DNA of 64,000 bases, from assembly GCA_965238075.1 (NCBI GenBank), contig OZ250173.1, positions 2,720,001-2,784,000 on the forward strand. The letters run 5' to 3'. Position 1 is the stretch's first letter; each line of letters starts with the position of its first letter. The stretch is from Candidatus Entotheonellaceae bacterium (GTDB taxonomy: Bacteria; Tectomicrobia; Entotheonellia; Entotheonellales; Entotheonellaceae). Below the pieces are notes generated by a model, which worked only from the letters and a program-made list of their open reading frames with translations, was not told the origin of the DNA and made no database searches. A program made the position numbers and the translations under genes. Shown here piece by piece: positions 57,682 to 64,000 of the stretch.

Positions 57682-58824
57682 TTACGCAACCGCCGGTTTG
57701 AGGAAATCGAACTGCTCGAAATGTCCATTGACGATCGGCGCGGATTCCAGCCCCATCCACTGCTCCAACAGAGTGGCGTAGGTGCAGCGGAAATCATTAT
57801 TGAAATGCAGATCGCCTTCGAGTTGGTCTTTTTCTTCCAGGGAGGGATATTCGCCGTACATGCCGCCCTTCACCGAATCGCCGATGACGAACGCCACGCC
57901 GCCGGAACCGTGATCGCTGCCGGAGCCGTTGTCCTTCACGCGTCGCCCGAACTCCGAGAAAATGTAAATCACGGTGTCGTCAAGGCGATTGTGTAGCTTC
58001 AGGTCGTCCATGAAGCTTCCCACCGCGCTGTCGACGTGCTCCCACAGCTGGGCGTGCGTCGGCAGTTCGCCGGAATGCGTGTCGAAGCTGGCGTGGGTGG
58101 TGTAATAAATGCGGGTGCCGATGTCGGCGAGGAGTACCTGGGCTATAGCCTTGAGGTTATGCGCCACGGGATTGTCGGGATAGTTGACCGTGGAGGCATA
58201 CTGGGCCGGCGCCTGGCGAAGAATGTCGGCGCCCTTGAGCACATCGGCGCCTGTCTGCCCGAGATAATCGAAGACAACGTCCCGGCCCGCCGCGCCGCCG
58301 TACATCTTGGTGAAGGTTGCCAGGGCGGATTGCTTGAGCGCTTCGTCTTGCAGGTCCGGGAACAAGCCGTAGGTGTCGAGGTTGCCCACCGACGCCACCG
58401 GAACGCCCCGCAGACCCAATGCCCGCGGCAGGCCACGACCGAAGTTGATGCCCGTCAGCACGTTCTCAGACTTGGGATCGAGCTCGCGAATAACGCGACC
58501 CAGCCAGCCCTCGGTGCCGATCTTGGCGGGCTCGGCGGTGTGCCAGATGTCCAGAGAACGGAAGTGGGAACGATTGGGGTTGGGATAGCCGATGCCGTTG
58601 ATGATGGCGACTTTGCCTTCGTCCCACAAATTCTTGATGGCGCCCATGCTGGGGTGGAATCCGAAGTGATCGTTGATGGGCAGGACGGCATCGGGGGCGA
58701 TGTGAACGGTGGATCGGAAATCGTAATACAGGCCGTTGCTGTAGGGTACCACGGTGTCGAGGCAGTCGTTGCCGCCGCTAAGCTGTATCACCACCAGCTT
58801 TTTGTCACGCTGAGAAACCATCAT
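57682..58824 (-). CDS. DUF1501 family protein (no Tat signal)
   Basis: IQLSGGND, NRSHF, FDTH, SEFGRR, DHG, DFR..YA. Confidence 0.92.
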   Translation of the reverse strand: MMVSQRDKKLVVIQLSGGNDCLDTVVPYSNGLYYDFRSTVHIAPDAVLPINDHFGFHPSMGAIKNLWDEGKVAIINGIGYPNPNRSHFRSLDIWHTAEPAKIGTEGWLGRVIRELDPKSENVLTGINFGRGLPRALGLRGVPVASVGNLDTYGLFPDLQDEALKQSALATFTKMYGGAAGRDVVFDYLGQTGADVLKGADILRQAPAQYASTVNYPDNPVAHNLKAIAQVLLADIGTRIYYTTHASFDTHSGELPTHAQLWEHVDSAVGSFMDDLKLHNRLDDTVIYIFSEFGRRVKDNGSGSDHGSGGVAFVIGDSVKGGMYGEYPSLEEKDQLEGDLHFNNDFRCTYATLLEQWMGLESAPIVNGHFEQFDFLKPAVA

Positions 58825-58987
58825 CTTCTCCTTTCCGGATGGGTTGTTCGCAAACGGGTCGTCGGGATGACCGGGTGCCGAAGTATAACCGATAAACACG
58901 ATTCGGCCCTGAGGCGCTACCCTGTCGATATAACATATATCCATCAACGAGTACAGGGCATTTACCCAGCGGGTTTGCAGGGTTGTT

Positions 58988-59359
58988 TTATGACGCCCGT
59001 GCTGCCTGCAGACAGCGTTCGTGCCAGAATCGGGACCACGCCTCGTACTGTCCCAAATCCGGCTGATACCTGTCGTGGTATATCATCGCAATGCCGCCGA
59101 TCTGCCCGGCAACGTCGAACACCGTCAGCGCCACACGTACCAATTGCCCACGGTATTGCTCGCGCCGGTCGGCTTCGATGAACTTGGCGTCGGACAACGA
59201 AAACAGTCCCGCCTCGTTCATGGGTGTGAGAACGCGTTCCCGTAAGTCTTCAACCGCCATGTCCTGGGCGAACACGTACAGACTCAGCCGCCCGGGGTCG
59301 AAGGCGATCACCTTCGCATGGTCCAACAGCCAATCAAAGTCAACCTTGCCTGACGCCAT
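58988..59359 (-). CDS. Hypothetical protein
   Basis: TAAGGAG SD and TGcTAACAT extended -10 upstream; no family recognised. Confidence 0.7.
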   Translation of the reverse strand: MASGKVDFDWLLDHAKVIAFDPGRLSLYVFAQDMAVEDLRERVLTPMNEAGLFSLSDAKFIEADRREQYRGQLVRVALTVFDVAGQIGGIAMIYHDRYQPDLGQYEAWSRFWHERCLQAARAS

Positions 59360-59429
59360 ACCAGACTCTCCTTAATCGACTTCCAGGGTGCACGCAAGCT
59401 TCGGATTCATGTTAGCACCGGCGCGTTTT

Positions 59430-60500
59430 CTAGCTGCCGTCCGAAGTCATCTGCGTTGGCTCGAACAGCGACGCAATGGTTTCGGAGTTGGGCGGCATGG
59501 CGACACCGGCTTCGGTGATGATACCGCGGATGTAGGGGGCGGGGGTCACGTCGAAAGCGGGGTTGGCGACTTCGACGTCGGCAGCCGCGATGCGTTGGCT
59601 GCCGACGAGGCGGACTTCGTCGCCATGGCGTTGTTCGATAGGGATGGCAGCGCCGGTTTCAAGGGCGCGGTCAATAGTAGAAAGGGGCGCGGCGACGTAG
59701 AAGGGCAGGGCGTGCTCCTTGGCGAGTACGGCGAGGCCGTAGGTGCCGATTTTGTTGGCGGTGTCGCCATTCGCAGCGATGCGGTCGGCGCCGACGATGA
59801 TCAGATCGATCTTGCCTTCCCGCATGAAGTACCCGGCCATATTGTCGGTGATGAGCGTGACCGGGATGTCGTCCCGCTGCAGTTCCCACGTGGTGAGGCG
59901 GGCGCCTTGCAAAAAGGGCCGGGTTTCGTCGGCAAAAACCTGGATGTGCCGGTCGGCGAAGTGCGCGGCGCGTATCACGCCGAGGGCGGTGCCGTAGCCG
60001 GCTGTGGCCAGGGCGCCGGCGTTGCAGTGGGTCAGAACCGTGCTTTGAGGCGGCACCAGCGGCAGGCCGTGCTCGCCGATACGACGATTGATATCGATGT
60101 CTTCCCGCCACAGGCGGTGTGCCTCCAACGTGAGCGCCTCCTGTAGTTGCCGCAAGGAACCGTCGAGATACGGCTCGGCGCAGGCGCGCATGCGTTCAAT
60201 GGCCCAGAACAGGTTGACGGCGGTTGGCCGGGTTTGCGCCATGAGCTGGCAGATGGATTCAAGCCGGGCCTTCATGTTGTCTTCAGACTCGTGCGACACC
60301 TGCCGCATGCCCAGTGCGATGCCTGCCGCCGCCGTCACCCCAATGGCCGGGGCGCCGCGTACCACCATCGTGCGGATGGCCTCGGCAACATCTTCGGCCG
60401 TACGGCACATGACGTACTGTTCAGAAGTCGGCAGCTTGCGCTGATCAAGTAGCCGTACAGCGTCCTCAAGAATTTCGATCGTGCGGATGAGCGATTCCAT
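59430..60500 (-). CDS. mtnA: S-methyl-5-thioribose-1-phosphate isomerase
   Basis: [44 protein letters not shown]. Confidence 0.95.
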   Translation of the reverse strand: MESLIRTIEILEDAVRLLDQRKLPTSEQYVMCRTAEDVAEAIRTMVVRGAPAIGVTAAAGIALGMRQVSHESEDNMKARLESICQLMAQTRPTAVNLFWAIERMRACAEPYLDGSLRQLQEALTLEAHRLWREDIDINRRIGEHGLPLVPPQSTVLTHCNAGALATAGYGTALGVIRAAHFADRHIQVFADETRPFLQGARLTTWELQRDDIPVTLITDNMAGYFMREGKIDLIIVGADRIAANGDTANKIGTYGLAVLAKEHALPFYVAAPLSTIDRALETGAAIPIEQRHGDEVRLVGSQRIAAADVEVANPAFDVTPAPYIRGIITEAGVAMPPNSETIASLFEPTQMTSDGS

Positions 60501-60509
60501 AACAGACCT

Positions 60510-60830
60510 TTAGGCGGGTGAGTGGGGGATACCCAAGGCAGCGGCGACTTGCGGCAGGGTGACCCCCGCAATATGGACGAGCTTGTGGCGGCTTTTTTGG
60601 CCGGACTGCAGTCGGACCTGTGAGCGGCGCACGCGCAGCGCCTTGGTCAGGAAGGCCAGGCAGGCGGCGTTGGCGGCCCCGTCAACCGGCGGCGCCGTAA
60701 GACGCAGACGGAGGTCATGATCGTGCACGCCATCAAAGCGTTCCATTCTGGCGCCGGGCTGTACGCGCACGCGCAACAAAACACCCTTGGGGGTAGCGGT
60801 AAGTACGGGCGAGTGAGGAACCGCTGCCAT
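60510..60830 (-). CDS. yggU: DUF167 (YggU) family protein
   Basis: VRVQPGA, APPVDGAAN, GQKSRHK. Confidence 0.9.
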   Translation of the reverse strand: MAAVPHSPVLTATPKGVLLRVRVQPGARMERFDGVHDHDLRLRLTAPPVDGAANAACLAFLTKALRVRRSQVRLQSGQKSRHKLVHIAGVTLPQVAAALGIPHSPA

Positions 60831-60842
60831 GCCGCCGAGCCC

Positions 60843-61664
60843 CTATTTGAGACCCCGGCCAAGCTCTTGCGAACGTTCGGTGGCGCGGCGTACGGCCGCC
60901 ATCATCAGCCCTCGCAAGCCACCGTCTTCCAGCGCCTGCATGCCGGCGATGGTGGTGCCGGCGGGTGAGGTCACCATGTCCTTCAGTTCACCCGGATGTT
61001 TCCCGGTTTCGAGGACCATCTTGGCGGCGCCCAAGACGGTTTGCGCGGCTAGCATGGTGGCGGTCGAGCGGTCCAGGCCCATCAGGACACCGCCGTCGGA
61101 AAGGCCCTCAATGAGAGCAAAAACGAACGCCGGACCGCTGCCGCTCAAGCCGGTGACGGTGTCCATCACGCCGTCGCTTACGACCGTGGCACGGCCGACG
61201 ACGTTGAAGATGCGTTCCACCAGGGCGATGTCCGCTGGAGTGGCCACAGCGCTAGGTGAAATGCCTGCGGCACCAGCCAGAACCAGGGCCGGCGTGTTCG
61301 GCATGACCCGCACGACACGGCTGTCGTCAGCCAGAGCGCGTTGCAGGGTGGACAGGGGGATTCCCGCAGCGATCGAGACGATCAGCTTATCCCGGTTGAC
61401 CTCCGGCGCGATGGATTCCAGCAACGCCGGCACGGTTTGCGGTTTCACGGCCAGGAAAATGACTTGGCTATCGCGCACCGCCTGCGGATTATCGTGGGAG
61501 GTGCAAATACCGTATTCCTCGCGCAGATAATCGCGTCGCTCCCGGATGACGTCAGTGGCCACGATGTGCCGGGGATTCACGGCCAAGCCGGTGAGCAAGC
61601 CCTTGATAAGGGCCTCGGCCATATTGCCGCCGCCGAGAAAGGCGAAGCGCAGATTTTCGATCAT
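60843..61664 (-). CDS. proC: Pyrroline-5-carboxylate reductase
   Basis: GGGNMA, AVKPQ, RVMPNTP, SGSGPA, VTSPAGTT. Confidence 0.96.
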   Translation of the reverse strand: MIENLRFAFLGGGNMAEALIKGLLTGLAVNPRHIVATDVIRERRDYLREEYGICTSHDNPQAVRDSQVIFLAVKPQTVPALLESIAPEVNRDKLIVSIAAGIPLSTLQRALADDSRVVRVMPNTPALVLAGAAGISPSAVATPADIALVERIFNVVGRATVVSDGVMDTVTGLSGSGPAFVFALIEGLSDGGVLMGLDRSTATMLAAQTVLGAAKMVLETGKHPGELKDMVTSPAGTTIAGMQALEDGGLRGLMMAAVRRATERSQELGRGLK

Positions 61665-61681
61665 GGTTTCCCCCTGGCTCA

Positions 61682-62416
61682 TCAGCGGCGCTCCGGGCGC
61701 GGGCCAAAAATGGCTGTCCCGACTCGCACCAGGGTCGCGCCCTCTTCGATGGCCACCTCATAGTCTGCCGTCATGCCCATGGATAGTTCGTCGAACGTCA
61801 TGCCGTCGTAGCCCTCTTGGGCCAGGCGATCGCGCAATTGGCGCAACTGGCGGAAAAAGGGTCTGGCCTCGTGTGGCTGCGACGTGGGTGGCGGAATGGT
61901 CATCAAACCGCGCACCTGAATATGCGGCAAGGCGGCGAGTTGTCTGATGTCGTTCAGAAGGTCTGCCGTCGTCCAGCCGCTCTTGCTCGTCTCGCCGCCA
62001 ACGTTCACCTCCAGCAGCACCGATAGCCGGCGCCCCAGACGCTCGGCGCGGCGGTTGATTTCCTCGGCGAGTTCGAGGCGATCAAGCGAATGCATCATGT
62101 CGAACAGGTCGAAGACGTACCGCACTTTGTTACGTTGTAAAGGGCCGATCAGGTGCCACTCGACACCGGCCCGCCCGATCTGACCCAGCTTCTGCCGTGT
62201 TTCCTGGAGATAATTTTCCCCCAGGATGGTCACCCCCGCGGCAATGGCGGCACGAATGCGAGCGGCATCCACCGTCTTGCTGGCGGCAACCAGACGCACG
62301 GACATCGGGTCGCGACCAGCGCGTTCGGCCGCCTGTCGCATGCGTGTACGGACGCGCCTGACATTGTCGGCGATCGACAGAACTTTGTCGGTATCGGGTG
62401 CCTTGGCCTGCGTCAT
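61682..62416 (-). CDS. yggS: PLP homeostasis protein (YggS/PROSC)
   Basis: ASKT, GENYLQE, WHLIGPLQRNK, LSMGMT.DY, VRVGTAIFG. Confidence 0.95.
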   Translation of the reverse strand: MTQAKAPDTDKVLSIADNVRRVRTRMRQAAERAGRDPMSVRLVAASKTVDAARIRAAIAAGVTILGENYLQETRQKLGQIGRAGVEWHLIGPLQRNKVRYVFDLFDMMHSLDRLELAEEINRRAERLGRRLSVLLEVNVGGETSKSGWTTADLLNDIRQLAALPHIQVRGLMTIPPPTSQPHEARPFFRQLRQLRDRLAQEGYDGMTFDELSMGMTADYEVAIEEGATLVRVGTAIFGPRPERR

Positions 62417-62513
62417 AACGATCTCTAATGTGACAATGTGGCGATTGCAACGATGTGGAAGCAAGGCGCTTGTATAGCAAGGCACCCGGCAAAGCGCAAT
62501 CATTTTTCCCCGT

Positions 62514-63362
62514 TCACCGAGTGGGGGCCGGTTTGCCATTACGCCGTATGCCGATAACGGCCATGCCGCGTCCGGCCGCTGGCCCCTCGGCGCGGTGGGA
62601 ATAGAAGTGTTGGTGGTGGCACTGCGTACACGGTGACACGGTCTCAATATGGGACGGCGGTACCCCTGCGGCCAGGAGTTGGCCTTCGTTGGCAGCCGTG
62701 AGGCTCATCGTCCAGGGTCGGGCCGTATCTCTGTGCCGCTCGCTGGGTTTGATGAACCGTGGCCAATCGGGGAAACGCTTTTGGAAGGGGCGTACGGCGC
62801 GGTCGTCCAGGTCATAGCAGCACGCGCCTATGGCCGGGCCAAGCAAGGCGTGCAATTGAGTCGGGTGGACGCCAAATTGCTGTTTGATGACGCCGATTGC
62901 AGCGCGAGTAACGAGATGGGAGGTTCCCATACGGCCGGCATGCACGAGCGCAACAAGTGGGGTATGCAAGGCGTAAAGCACGATGGGGAGGCAGTCGGCG
63001 GCGAGAATGCCTAGGGCCGCGTTGGGCTGCGTTGTTAGCAGCGCATCGGCCTCGACACCGGCAAGGCCGTTTTGCAATGCCGCAGAATCAACAACGCACA
63101 CCCTGTTTCCGTGGACCTGACGAACCGTGTGGAGCGCTGGCCCTTCCAGACCCAGCGCTTTCAACAACGCCTCACGGTGCCTGCTGACGACATGGCGCGG
63201 GCCCCGGTCGTAACTGAGATTGAACCCGCCCGTCGCAGAATCGGTCCGGCGCGTGGTAAAGGCGCATCGGAGCCAAGCATGACCCTGTATGGCGGCCGGT
63301 ATCAAGTACGCGACTTCAGGCGTGCGACACCACAGCAGGCGTCCTTCCGCAACGGCCTGCAT
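62514..63362 (-). CDS. pgeF: PgeF/YfiH/YlmD (FAMIN-like) protein
   Basis: QVHG, ADCLP, HAG, GPAIG.CCY, CT.C..FYSHR. Confidence 0.92.
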   Translation of the reverse strand: MQAVAEGRLLWCRTPEVAYLIPAAIQGHAWLRCAFTTRRTDSATGGFNLSYDRGPRHVVSRHREALLKALGLEGPALHTVRQVHGNRVCVVDSAALQNGLAGVEADALLTTQPNAALGILAADCLPIVLYALHTPLVALVHAGRMGTSHLVTRAAIGVIKQQFGVHPTQLHALLGPAIGACCYDLDDRAVRPFQKRFPDWPRFIKPSERHRDTARPWTMSLTAANEGQLLAAGVPPSHIETVSPCTQCHHQHFYSHRAEGPAAGRGMAVIGIRRNGKPAPTR

Positions 63363-63397
63363 GTGCCTCTCTCCGTGTGCGACTGGATTCGGATCTG

Positions 63398-64000
63398 TTA
63401 ACGGACTTTGCGGCGCACAAAGGCGGGAATGTCCAGGCGCCGTCCGCCGGGTTCAGTGGCAGGAGGCACGGCCTCTTTGGGACCTTGCGACCGCTGGCGA
63501 CGTTCCTGACCCCCGTCAAGACCGTACATGTCCTGATTGGTGCGCCCCGTTGGCCGTAGCGCCCGCGCGTCCCCGTCCCGATGATGAAAGCCGGTGGCGA
63601 TAACCGTCACGCGCAATTCGTCTTCGAGTTTCTCGTCGGTCACGGCGCCGAAAATGATATGCGCATCTTCGTGGACCGCCTCGCGGATAATCGACGCCGC
63701 GTCGTGAACTTCATGAAGTGCAATGTCATAACCGCCGGTGACGTTCAATAAAATGCCGCGTGCGCCGTCAATCGAGGAATCCTCGAGCAGCGGACTGGAG
63801 ACAGCCAGGTGCGCCGCCTCAATGGCCCGCTTGTCGCCATATCCGACACCGGTTCCCATAACGGCCAAACCCATACCGCTCATGATGGTCTGAACGTCGG
63901 CGAAATCCAGGTTGATCAGGCCGGGCGCGACGATCAGGTCTACAATGCCTTCCACCGCCTGTCGCAGCACGTTGTCCGCTACTTTGAAAGCGTCGCGCAG
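63398..64000 (-). CDS. ftsZ: Cell division protein FtsZ, C-terminal part
   Basis: GLINLDFADV, SPLLE, TVIATGF, LDIPAFVR tail. Confidence 0.96.
   Translation of the reverse strand: MRDAFKVADNVLRQAVEGIVDLIVAPGLINLDFADVQTIMSGMGLAVMGTGVGYGDKRAIEAAHLAVSSPLLEDSSIDGARGILLNVTGGYDIALHEVHDAASIIREAVHEDAHIIFGAVTDEKLEDELRVTVIATGFHHRDGDARALRPTGRTNQDMYGLDGGQERRQRSQGPKEAVPPATEPGGRRLDIPAFVRRKVR

Overview
GC-rich bacterial chromosomal window with about 55 genes. The protein set (many LLM, SDR, TRAP and ABC genes, DUF1501/DUF1800, Uma2, palindromic intergenic repeats) is reminiscent of Candidatus Tectomicrobia (Entotheonella-like) genomes; this is an impression, not a search result. Left end: the 5' part of acnA, preceded by a tandem pair of type I-alpha DAHP synthases. 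The second copy arose by a ~1.09 kb duplication that captured the acnA ribosome-binding site and start codon and lost the N-terminal regulatory arm. The two copies differ at the known Gly/Ser Tyr-versus-Phe feedback position. Middle: sugar ABC, peptide ABC and TRAP transporters, catabolic oxidoreductases, a decaying CusRS-like/PepSY/DUF5666/HTTM island with its own operator, two different LeuCD-type hydro-lyase pairs (one with substitutions in conserved motifs, between a Rieske ferredoxin and an LLM monooxygenase), a signal-peptide-bearing formamidase and a solo MutS-related ATPase. There is one intact yefM-yoeB module, four fossil toxin-antitoxin fragments that the ORF track misses or shows only in part, and an ISAs1 end. 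Right end: DUF1501-DUF1800-NHL and the ftsZ-pgeF-yggS-proC-DUF167-mtnA cluster. No rRNA, tRNA or CRISPR array was seen. All family calls come from recognising motifs by eye; no searches were run.
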